Positions 47,099 to 57,900 of a DNA stretch of 64,000 nt are shown piece by piece. The notes below the pieces were generated by a model. That model did not search any database. It saw only the letters and a program-made list of their open reading frames with translations, and was not told the origin of the DNA. The position numbers and the translations under genes are program-made. The DNA lies in IMG/VR virus record IMGVR_UViG_3300037297_000066, positions 373,332-437,331 of that record; one strand, given 5' to 3'. Each line of letters begins with the position of its first letter. The stretch's first letter is position 1.

Positions 47099-50000
47099 AT
47101 GGCTACAGCACCACAGATCAATCTCAGAGACGGCTCGGGCACATCCCAGACGATTGAGTACTCCACCAACATGGAGTTCGCTACGATCGAGGGGACCATC
47201 GATACCACTACGGTGGATCTTCAGGTGTCTGTCAATGGGTCTGCCTTTGTTTCTGACCCCACCCTGGTGAAGTTGGATGCTCAGACCTTCATAGTACCCA
47301 ACCCTGCTTCGTTGCCTGACGGGTTGTCTCTGGACATCGGTATAAACACGATCCAACTTCGTGCCATTGGTATTTCGGGGGACGTGAGTGCGGCTTCCAC
47401 GGCTACCATTACTCGGCTCGAACCTACGGATGACGACGGTACCATTCCTTCGGGGATACGGGTTCGTAGGCACCGGAACTACATTGACATTCTTGTAGCT
47501 AAGCCACAGTTTTCAGCGGGCCTTACGCTTGACCTGGCTCAGTTGCCGCTTCAATTCAGAGGCTTCAACATCTACGCCTCAGCGGCACCAGGAGGGACCA
47601 CAGGGTACTTCAAGGTCAATGAAAGCCTCCTGACTGAGGCAGGTACCTATGAGGAAGACACCAATACCATCCAGCAGTACAGCACGGTATTTGAGCCTGA
47701 GGCTCAGTATGTTCGGGTGGTGGTGACTCAGGAAGACGAGTTTGGAAACGAGATTCACAGGAACCTTGATTCCTCGTTCAGTGTGTTGGGTTACTCTAAC
47801 GACCTTCGTTTCTCGGGTACTCTAGATAACCGAAAGTTGACGGAGTTCATCTCCTTTTCGCACAACCGTTCTGGGGGCGCCGGAATCATCAACAGTGATA
47901 GGTTCTTGAATGTTCAGTCTACTGACCCTCTTTACTACGTTGTCACGGCTGTCTACTACGATGCAGATCTGAACCGAGAGTTCGAAACCCCTTATTCTCA
48001 AGAGGTTTTGGGAGCGCCCTTAATCATTGACACTAACATCACCGATTTGCCTGGTAGAAATCAGCTTCAGATCATTACCAGTTTCGTGGATGATGTACAG
48101 AGGGTAAACCAGGAGATCAGTCTTCTGCCAGGGTCCACTACCCGAGATGTGAGCATCGACCCCTTCTCTAGTGAGGCCGAGCGTATTTGGTTCATCATCG
48201 ACTTTGTTCACCGAAGTCAGTCTTTCGTAACCCTTCTTCAGATCGATGACTCCAACGGAGATGGGGTGTCGGATTTGGTGTCGGGAAGTGCTTACAAGAC
48301 AGCTCTCAAAGCAGCCCTTGGGTACTCCACGGATTCGGCTGTTCAGCAGCTAATCGATGCTCAATTCGATAAGCTGGCCAAGAATGTGCAGAAGACTCGC
48401 CTCCCTGGGCGTCAGGCGGTAGGGGAAGCGGTTTTCTACAAGGCGGTTCGTCCTACCGAAGACATTACCATCGCCTCAGGTACGACAGTTTCTACTAACG
48501 CAGACTCTGCCTCAGGACTTGCTTCGGTCAGGTTTGTTGTGGGGGGCACCTACGTGATGGTGGCTGCTAATGCAGACGCCTACTACAATTTCGACAACCA
48601 ACGTTACGAGATCACAACCGACATTTCAGCGGAGACCATTGGAAGTGCCGGAAACCGTCCTGCAGGAAGCATCAAGAACGTTCAGGGTTCGGTAGGGGGT
48701 CTGCAGGTCACCAACGTAGAAGCAACGGTTTTCGGTAACAACCGGGAATCCAATGCAGCCTTAGCGGCTCGGGCTCAGCTTGGATTTGTCAGTGTGGATA
48801 CGGGAACCGAAGGGGGCTATCAGTCTACCTCGGCCGAACAGACTGGAATCATCAAGAGCAAGATCGTCAAGAGTGGAGATCCTCTGATGATGAGGGATTG
48901 GGACGAGGTCCGAAAGAAGCACATTGGGGGCAAGGTAGATATCTGGATTCAGGGTCTGCGGGAGCGAACTGTCACGGAAAGGTTTGCTTTCACCTTCGAG
49001 ATCGCCCGAGACATTCGGTGTGAGATCATCGATTTGGCCAACCTCATTTTCCGAGTGCAAGACTCTCGGGTCACAGTTGATACCCCCATCATGGATATCC
49101 TGAACGACTCCGTTCACGGGTTGGGCGTCAGAAATGTTACTCTAGGCTTGGACTACGATCTGACGGGGGTGACTATCCTCGACTATGAAACCTTCCAGAT
49201 CGACAATTCCATTCCTCAGCCGGCTACGGCTATCGACGACATCATCACTGCAGACTACCGTTTCCGATCCATCAACCAGTTCACCTTCAGCCTTCAGCCG
49301 GTACGTCGAGTGGTGTCCGTGGTGGGGACTGAGTCCGGGGCTCTGGACAACAGCTTGGGGTACGATCTGTACAAAACTGACGATCCCCTTCTGGATGGCG
49401 AAAGCACGATCGCTCAGAACTACTTGGTCATCAACCAAGTAGGAGGCATTCCTACAGGAGCTACGATCCCGGTCAACGGGGAAGAGCATGTGCTGATTGG
49501 GTTCTTCCAAGAACCTCTTGGAAGCGTAGGTATCAATACAGCGACCCTTCGAGTCTTCAGTGAGGACGGGCTTATCGAGTATGACGGCCCCTCTGCTTCC
49601 AGCCCGGATTACGAGATCGTTGAGGGAACCTCAACCACTCCCATCAAGATCGTTCGTACAGCTTCTTCGGCGATCCTCAGTGGTCAGACAGTCAGTGTGG
49701 ACTACGACCACGACGAAAACTTCACAGTCACTTACGTGATCAACGATTTGGTGCAGGAGTTGCAACGCACGGTGAACACTCGGCGACACACAACTGCCGA
49801 TGTGCTGGTCAAGCAGGCTGTCGAAAATGAGCTGGACTTGGAGACTACCGTACAGCTCAAGCTGGGGGCCAAAAAGGACAAGGCTGATCCGGCCATTCGG
49901 TCAAGTGTCTCTATTGAGACCAACTCCAAGATCATTGGGGCAGGCTTGGCGCAATCTGACGTAATCCAGGCTGTAGACTCCACAGAGGGCGTTGACTTCC

Positions 50001-50551
50001 AAGTTCTACCCTTGGCCCAGATGGGATACTCCGATGGCTCCTTGAGGCTCAGAGAGGCCGTATTGAGCAGTTATGTGCCTCTCCCCTACTACAACACCGG
50101 GGCCAATCTGGTCTACCTCCTCACCAATCCACTGCAGTACCCCACCACAGATGGTGGAGGTCTCGAAGTGGAACACAAGGGGGTGTTCCAAGACGATGAG
50201 GCCATGCTCCTTGCTACCAGTCTTGCTGTCGTCAAGTTGAATGACTTCTCGGCTTGGATCATCGGGGACGATGGGGCTGTCATTCCCGAATACTCTGACG
50301 ATGCCACCCTTGTCAGTGAAGGTTTCACGGATCCTGATGACATCGAGACTGAGCGTCTTCGTAGGACGGCCAACCACATTGTGGTGTCTATCGCTGGAGG
50401 GGGAACTCCGGTGGATACCCCAGCGAACCACAGCTATGCCGTGAGCTATGTGGTGAGAAACGACAAGGGACCTCACAACATCGTCAGCTCGGACGTGGAG
50501 CACTTGTCCATGGGCAACTTTACCCTCACTTGTAGGGAGGTCACGAGCTAA
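47099..50551 (+). CDS. Baseplate J-like wedge protein (gpJ/gp6), enlarged to 1150 aa
   Basis: 'PGSTTRDV', 'RLPGRQAVGEAVF', 'ITIASGTTVST', 'AETIGSAGNRPAGSI', 'VTNVEATVFGNNRESNAALAAR', 'GGKVDIWI'. Confidence 0.88.
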   Translation: MATAPQINLRDGSGTSQTIEYSTNMEFATIEGTIDTTTVDLQVSVNGSAFVSDPTLVKLDAQTFIVPNPASLPDGLSLDIGINTIQLRAIGISGDVSAASTATITRLEPTDDDGTIPSGIRVRRHRNYIDILVAKPQFSAGLTLDLAQLPLQFRGFNIYASAAPGGTTGYFKVNESLLTEAGTYEEDTNTIQQYSTVFEPEAQYVRVVVTQEDEFGNEIHRNLDSSFSVLGYSNDLRFSGTLDNRKLTEFISFSHNRSGGAGIINSDRFLNVQSTDPLYYVVTAVYYDADLNREFETPYSQEVLGAPLIIDTNITDLPGRNQLQIITSFVDDVQRVNQEISLLPGSTTRDVSIDPFSSEAERIWFIIDFVHRSQSFVTLLQIDDSNGDGVSDLVSGSAYKTALKAALGYSTDSAVQQLIDAQFDKLAKNVQKTRLPGRQAVGEAVFYKAVRPTEDITIASGTTVSTNADSASGLASVRFVVGGTYVMVAANADAYYNFDNQRYEITTDISAETIGSAGNRPAGSIKNVQGSVGGLQVTNVEATVFGNNRESNAALAARAQLGFVSVDTGTEGGYQSTSAEQTGIIKSKIVKSGDPLMMRDWDEVRKKHIGGKVDIWIQGLRERTVTERFAFTFEIARDIRCEIIDLANLIFRVQDSRVTVDTPIMDILNDSVHGLGVRNVTLGLDYDLTGVTILDYETFQIDNSIPQPATAIDDIITADYRFRSINQFTFSLQPVRRVVSVVGTESGALDNSLGYDLYKTDDPLLDGESTIAQNYLVINQVGGIPTGATIPVNGEEHVLIGFFQEPLGSVGINTATLRVFSEDGLIEYDGPSASSPDYEIVEGTSTTPIKIVRTASSAILSGQTVSVDYDHDENFTVTYVINDLVQELQRTVNTRRHTTADVLVKQAVENELDLETTVQLKLGAKKDKADPAIRSSVSIETNSKIIGAGLAQSDVIQAVDSTEGVDFQVLPLAQMGYSDGSLRLREAVLSSYVPLPYYNTGANLVYLLTNPLQYPTTDGGGLEVEHKGVFQDDEAMLLATSLAVVKLNDFSAWIIGDDGAVIPEYSDDATLVSEGFTDPDDIETERLRRTANHIVVSIAGGGTPVDTPANHSYAVSYVVRNDKGPHNIVSSDVEHLSMGNFTLTCREVTS

Positions 50552-51363
50552 TGCCCCGCTTCATGTTTGACCCAAATCGGGTCAACTACAGCATCCACAA
50601 GAAGGGCAAAGAGTACAATCTACTGGTTTTGCAGAGGGCTCAGTCCATTTTCTCGACCTTGCTAGACCTCCTTCCCAGCAACTGGATCAGTGGAGTGCAA
50701 GGCCCGAGCTACACACTGGAACTCAAGGCTGTTGCCGTAGAACTGGCCAAAATCGAGATAGCTCTGGAGGATGTGAATCGGGATATTTCCTTCGAGACCA
50801 CTCGTAGTGAGTTCCTTCAGTCGATCGTGGGCTACCTGGTTTTCGTCAACGGCAAGATCCCTCCTATGGAGTATGACGACGTTGAATTTCGTCGTTTTCT
50901 CCTCACTCTCATTCGGATCTACTTTCAAGGTTCGATTCCGGAGGCTCTCAAGGACGCTGTAGACCTATTTTTGACCGAAGAGTCGGATTTCATAGAGAAC
51001 TTTCTCCTGGTTCGGCAGGGGGCTTCTGGGTACGACATCAGCGATCAGTTCGGTTTTCAGGCGACAGTGGACACAGGCGGGGTGTTCCCGGAAAACGCTT
51101 TTGCCCTCCAGGCGGCTCTAGGAACCATCATGGACGTGATCCGGCCGGCCCATACGCTCTACCGGATTCGATACCTCTTCACCGATGACTACATCCCCAA
51201 TGGGGACGATATCAACCGCATTTTGGACGAGAGTCGGTGGCGTTTGGCCTGCTACTACTACGAAGATTTTCGGACCTATTGTGCTGGGATCAAGGATCGG
51301 GACCGTTTGGGGCGGAAAACTAACCAGGCGGTGGTCGGGGAAGACCACAGTCAGGATTTCTAA
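50551..51363 (+). CDS. Baseplate wedge protein (gpI/gp7-like)
   Basis: TAATG-coupled to gpJ. Contains 'LLDLLPSNW', 'DDVEFRRFL..GSIPEALKDAV' and 'DVIRPAHT'. Confidence 0.72.
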   Translation: MPRFMFDPNRVNYSIHKKGKEYNLLVLQRAQSIFSTLLDLLPSNWISGVQGPSYTLELKAVAVELAKIEIALEDVNRDISFETTRSEFLQSIVGYLVFVNGKIPPMEYDDVEFRRFLLTLIRIYFQGSIPEALKDAVDLFLTEESDFIENFLLVRQGASGYDISDQFGFQATVDTGGVFPENAFALQAALGTIMDVIRPAHTLYRIRYLFTDDYIPNGDDINRILDESRWRLACYYYEDFRTYCAGIKDRDRLGRKTNQAVVGEDHSQDF

Positions 51364-51398
51364 CGGTTTTATGGGCCCGCTAGAGAGCAGGAGGCCCT

Positions 51399-51917
51399 AT
51401 GCAGATCAAACTCCGAGCCCGAGCCCGAGTCCGGGTTCACCAAGAGCGCCCCTATTGCTACGACAAGAAGAGGGGTCTCTGGCTTTACCGGCAGGTAGGG
51501 GAGGATGAAGAGGCGGGAAACATCGTCACAAATGCGGGTTTGGTAGCTCTTCATACCTACATCTACGGGACAACTGCTCAACGGACAGCCGGTGGTTTGA
51601 GTGGCACAGGATTCAATTACATCGCTTTGTCCAATGATGCCGCTGCTCCAGCAGCCTCTGACACATCCCTGACCGGGGAACTTTCTGGGGATGGTCTCAC
51701 TCGGGCAGCAGGGTCGGTGACATTGCCCACGGGGGCAGGCACTGCCACTGAGATTTCCCATGCCTTTACCTACACAGGGGTCTCTCAAGGAGTCCGTAAG
51801 ACAGCTCTTTTTGACGACTCCTCTAGCGGGAAGATGGCGCATGAGATTCAGTTCACCCAGCGGGTTCTAGTCACCAACGACGTTCTGACGCTCACCTTCT
51901 CGATCACGATTTCCTAG
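51399..51917 (+). CDS. Tail fibre attachment/baseplate protein (fibre-proximal fold)
   Basis: 'NIVTNAG..YIALS..APAASDTSLTGE..ALFD..GKM..F..VLTLTFSITIS'. AGGAGG upstream. Confidence 0.72.
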   Translation: MQIKLRARARVRVHQERPYCYDKKRGLWLYRQVGEDEEAGNIVTNAGLVALHTYIYGTTAQRTAGGLSGTGFNYIALSNDAAAPAASDTSLTGELSGDGLTRAAGSVTLPTGAGTATEISHAFTYTGVSQGVRKTALFDDSSSGKMAHEIQFTQRVLVTNDVLTLTFSITIS

Positions 51918-51929
51918 GGGCTCTAGTCA

Positions 51930-54900
51930 ATGGCCGCCATAGCTCTCATCAAGTTCACTCAAGGGCCTAACACAGACATTGCAGGTCGAGCCGTCGTTGG
52001 AACTCCCTACGGTGTGGACGGCTCTGTGGTGGTCTCGAACGACGACCCTACTGACATTCATCACTGGAAGGTCTACCTGGTCAGTGCCCCTCCCGGGAGC
52101 GCTCTGGAGCTAGCTACTCAGGGAGATTGGACTCTACTCAACGAAGGAGTCAGCAACACCCCGACGGCCAGCTTCAATCCGGACATTGCCGGTAGCTACC
52201 GTATCTTGCTTCAGGTTTGGGATGTCGCCAACAACCTGAACCAAGACATTCGAAACTTCATCATCCTGGATGATGGTGACTTCATCCTGCCTCCTTTCCA
52301 GAAGCTTCCAGACCCTCTTCCGCTACCCAATCCTCAAGACCCTAGTGACGTCCAGAAACCTAATGAGATGAACGTTGGGGGGCAGCCCTATGGCTGGATG
52401 GGCAACACCAGCTATCAGCTTCATCATCAGCTCATCAAGCATGTGGCTACTTTGGTGCCGTCTCCTGGGGCAGGCGACACAAGCAAGATCTACGTGGTCA
52501 CAGGCGCCGGATCTGTAGCTTTTTCGTTCTTGGTTGATGCCAACATCGATGCTGCTGCGGCTATTGATGTTTCGAAGTTAGCTCCAGGTACGAACGGATA
52601 CGTGTTGACCACGAGTGGAGGAGTCCCTGTCTGGGCGGCTCCTTCTGGTGGAGGGCTTACACCCCCTAGCGGAGCTGGGGACATAGCAAAGCTGGCCTTT
52701 GCAGATGCCGCTGGAACTGACCTGGATTATGCCGATGGTGTCAAGGTCAAGAATGCTGGGACCACTCAAAATGGTCTTGAGTTTGGTACGGCAAGCATTG
52801 AGAACGAAAGTGATGACCTCGTATTCAATGTGGCTACAGGTCAAGCCCACATCCTCCAAGAGAATACCACGGAGTTTGCCCGGTTTGATTTAGGCTCTGG
52901 AGGGAGCACGCCTCGGCTACTGTTTGCCAACGATGGGGCGGTTGTCTTGCCCGGGGATGGGTATGTGCTTTTCGGGGATGGGACTGCACCTTCTACCGGA
53001 GCGATCCGAGTGGGCGGTGCTTTCACTACTGGAAGCCCTGTAATTATTCCAGTGATGGTTGCTTACAAGAATAGCAACGATCGCAATATCATCAGCTATA
53101 TAGCTCCAGAGGGTCCTCCTTCTTCGCTAGCCTTCGGAGACTTCTCTGAGCCTACTCAGATTCTGGGGACTTCTGTTGGGATCCAGACCGGTTACTTCGG
53201 TGTCAACTCATCCGGAGAGATCAGGTTTGCTGCCTCCAGCAATGCCACTGGCTTGCATTTGCTAGCTAGTGGGCTTGTGAAGATCGTAGGTGGTTCTACA
53301 GATCGCGTACTAGAGTTCGATGCTTCTCAGGACGCGATCGTTCGCTGCGCTGCTTGGACGGCTGGAATACATCCTGGAGACAACCTGACGATTCTGGCTG
53401 GAGAAGCCTTCGGCTCCGGGCAGCCTGGAGGCCAACTCAGATTGGCCAGTGGTCCCGGAAGTACTCCAGGTACTAATGATGGGGATCTGGAGTTCTACGT
53501 TGGAGGAACGTCTGGGACGAAGGTTCTAGTCTTCGACGTCGATACGGTTGCCCCGACTGATGGTCAGGTGTTGACCTGGAGTGCCACGAACGCTGCTGCT
53601 GAGTGGGTTACACCTGGAGGTGGATCTGGGGACGTAGTTGGCCCAGCTTCAGCTACAGACAACGCTGTTGCCCGTTTTGACACCACAACAGGGAAGCTGA
53701 TTCAGGACTCCGTCTTCCTGGTTGACGATAGCGGCAACGTTACCGGAGCTGGGACTTACAACGGGGAAACCGTTGCTAACCTGATCCATGACAATGTAGC
53801 GGGAGAGATCGCAGCCGTTACAGAGAAGGCCAGTCCGGTTTCAGCGGACCTAGTGCTGATTGAAGACTCGGCAGATTCGAACAACAAGAAGAGAGTCCAA
53901 GTTGGGAACCTTCCAGGTGGTGGATCTGGAGACGTAGTTGGCCCAGCTTCAGCTACGGACAACGCTGTTGCTCGTTTTGACACCACAACAGGGAAGCTGA
54001 TCCAGGATTCGGTCTTCTTGGTTGACGACAGCGGAAACGTCACTGGTGCTGGCACCTACAATGGTGAGACAGTCGCTAACCTGATCCATGACAACGTGGC
54101 CGGAGAAATTGCGGCTGTCACGGAGAAGGCTACTCCTGTCTCAGCTGATGTTCTCCTGATCGAAGACTCGGCAGATTCGAACAACAAAAAGAGGATCCAG
54201 ATTGGAAACCTTCCGGCCTCTTCTGGAGACGTGGTCGGGCCCGGGTCGGCCACGGACAATGCCGTAGCCAGATTCGACACAACCACAGGGAAGCTCATCC
54301 AGGACTCCGTCTTCCTGATTGACGATAGTGGAAACGTCACAGGAGCGGGTACTTACAATGGTGAGACGGTTGCTAACCTGATCCATGACAACGTGGCAGG
54401 GGAGATCATAGCTGTCACAGAGAAGGCTACCCCGGTTTCTGGAGATGTTCTCCTGATCGAGGACTCAGCTGATTCCAACAACAAGAAGAGAGTCCAGGTC
54501 GGCAACCTTCCTACGGGAGGAGCTGGCTCCGATACTACAGCCATTCATGATGACACGGCAGCTGAGATCTCTGCCATTACAGAGAAAGCAACTCCCGTCA
54601 GTGCTGACCTTCTATTGATTGAGGACTCGGCAGATTCGAACAACAAGAAGAGGGTTCAAGTTGGGAACCTCCCCTCTTCCTCTGGGGACGTTGTAGGCCC
54701 AGCTTCTGCCACCGATAACGCTGTTGCCCGGTTCGACACAACCACAGGGAAGCTCATCCAGGATTCGGTCTTCCTGGTTGACGATAGTGGAAATGTCACA
54801 GGTGCAGGGACTTACAACGGGGAAACAGTAGCCAACCTGATCCATGACAATGTGGCAGGGGAGATCACTGCTGTCACTCTGAAAGCTACCCCGGTTTCTG

Positions 54901-57900
54901 GAGATGTTCTCCTGATCGAGGACTCGGCAGATTCCAACAACAAGAAGAGGATCACGGTTGGAAGTCTCCCCTCTTCCTCTGGGGACGTAGTTGGCCCAGC
55001 TTCAGCTACAGACAACGCTGTTGCCCGGTTTGATACCACAACCGGGAAACTGATTCAGGACTCTGTTTTCCTGGTGGATGATAGTGGCAACGTCACAGGG
55101 GCAGGGACTTACAACGGGGAAACCGTAGCAAATCTGATCCATGACAACGTGGCAGGAGAGATCACTGCTGTCACCGAGAAAGCAACTCCCGTCAGTGCTG
55201 ACGTTCTATTGATTGAGGACTCGGCAGACTCAAACAACAAGAAGAGGGTTCAAGTTGGGAACCTCCCCACGGGAGGGGCTGGTTCTGATACAACGGCTAT
55301 TCACGATGACACTGCTGGAGAGATCTCAGCCGTTACAGAGAAGGCAACTCCCGTCAGTGCTGACCTCCTCTTGATCGAGGATTCAGCAGATTCCAACAAC
55401 AAGAAACGAGTTCAGGTAGGCAACCTCCCGAGCTCCTCAGGGGATGTGGTGGGTCCTGCTTCGGCGACAGACAATGCCGTTGCCAGGTTTGACACGACTA
55501 CCGGAAAACTCATCCAGGATTCGGTCTTCCTGGTTGACGATAGCGGGAATGTCACGGGAGCAGGAACCTACAACGGGGAAACGGTAGCCAATCTCCTACA
55601 TGACAACGTAGCTGGGGAAATCGCAGCTGTCACAGAGAAGGCTACCCCAGTCTCGGCTGACCTTGTTCTGATTGAAGACTCGGCAGACTCAAACAACAAG
55701 AAGAGGGTCCAGGTTGGGAACCTCCCTGGAGGGGGCTCTGGGGACGTGGTAGGTCCCGCTTCTGCTACGGACAACGCTATTGCCCGGTTCGACACGACCA
55801 CTGGAAAGCTGATTCAAGACTCCGTTTTCTTGGTTGACGACAGTGGCAACGTCACCGGGGCTGGGACTTACAACGGAGAAACGGTTGCGAATCTGATCCA
55901 TGACAATGTAGCGGGAGAGATCTCAGCTGTTACTCTGAAGGCCACTCCGGTCAGTGCTGACCTTCTTCTGATTGAAGACTCGGCAGACTCGAACAACAAG
56001 AAGAGGATCACGGTTGGAAGCCTCCCCTCTTCCTCTGGAGACGTTGTGGGGCCGGCTTCAGCGACAGACAACGCTGTTGCCCGGTTTGATACGACCACAG
56101 GCAAGCTCATCCAAGACTCAGTCTTCCTGGTGGATGATAGTGGCAACGTCACAGGCGCCGGCACATACAATGGTGAGACGGTAGCGAACCTGATTCACGA
56201 CAACGTGGCAGGGGAGATCACAGCTGTCACTCTGAAGGCCACTCCGGTCAGTGCCGACGTTCTTTTGATCGAGGATTCGGCAGACTCGAACAACAAGAAG
56301 AGGATTACGGTTGGAAGCCTGCCTTCTTCCTCTGGGGACGTAGTTGGCCCAGCTTCGGCCACGGACAATGCTGTTGCCCGTTTTGATACTACCACTGGCA
56401 AACTCATTCAAGACTCTGTCTTCTTGGTTGACGACAGCGGCAACGTCACTGGTGCGGGAACATACAATGGTGAGACGGTTGCTAACCTAATCCATGATAA
56501 CGTAGCCGGGGAGATCACAGCTGTCACTGAAAAGGCTACCCCCGTTTCAGCAGACGTTCTTCTGATCGAGGACTCGGCTGATTCAAACAACAAGAAGAGA
56601 GTCCAGATTGGGAACCTCCCCACAGGATCAGATCCGGACGCCATCCATGACAATGTGGCCTCTGAGATCTCAGCCGTTACAGAGAAGACCACTCCCGTCT
56701 CGGCAGATTTGATCCTGATCGAGGACTCGGCTGATTCAAACAACAAGAAGAGAGTCCAGATTGGGAACCTCCCCTATTCTTCAGGGGACGTGGTAGGTCC
56801 TGCTTCAGCTACGGACAACGCTGTTGCCCGTTTTGACACCACAACCGGGAAACTGATTCAGGACTCCGTCTTCCTGGTGGATGATAGCGGCAACGTCACC
56901 GGGGCTGGGACTTACAACGGAGAGACAGTAGCAAATCTGATCCACGATAACGTGGCAGGGGAGATCACAGCTGTTTCTCTGAAGGCCACTCCGGTTTCCG
57001 GAGATGTTCTCCTCATTGAGGACTCAGCTGATTCTAACAACAAGAAGAGGATCACGGTTGGGAGTCTCCCGAGCTCTTCCGGGGACGTTGTGGGACCGGC
57101 GAGTGCCACGGATAATGCAGTTGCTCGCTATGACACTACCACCGGGAAGCTCATCCAGGACTCAGTCTTCCTGGTTGATGATAGTGGAAATGTCACGGGT
57201 GCGGGAACATACAACGGAGAGACTGTTGCCAATCTGATTCACGACAACGTGGCCGGAGAGATCACAGCGGTAACAGAGAAGGCAACTCCTATCAGTGCTG
57301 ACGTTCTCCTGATCGAGGACTCAGCTGATTCGAACAACAAGAAGAGGGTTCAGATCGGAAACCTCCCCACGGGAGGGGCTGGCTCTGATACCACTGCCAT
57401 CCATGATGACACAGCGGGAGAGATCGCAGCTGTCACGGAGAAGGCCACTCCGGTCTCGGCAGATTTGATCCTGATCGAGGACTCAGCTGATTCGAACAAC
57501 AAGAAGAGGGTTCAGATCGGAAACCTTCCTGGAGGTGGCTCAGGAGACGTAGTTGGCCCAGCTAGCGCTACAGACAATGCAGTAGCCAGGTTCGACACCA
57601 CAACAGGGAAACTAATCCAAGACTCAGTTTTCCTAGTTGACGACAGTGGGAATGTCACGGGTGCGGGAACATACAACGGTGAGACTGTTGCCAATCTGAT
57701 TCACGACAATGTGGCAGGAGAGATCTCAGCTGTTACTCTGAAGGCCACTCCTGTCAGTGCTGATGTTATCCTGATCGAAGACTCAGCCGATTCGAACAAC
57801 AAGAAAAGGATCACGGTTGGAAGCCTCCCGAGCTCTTCTGGGGATGTTGTAGGGCCGGCGAGTGCCACAGACAACGCTGTAGCAAGGTTCGACACGACCA

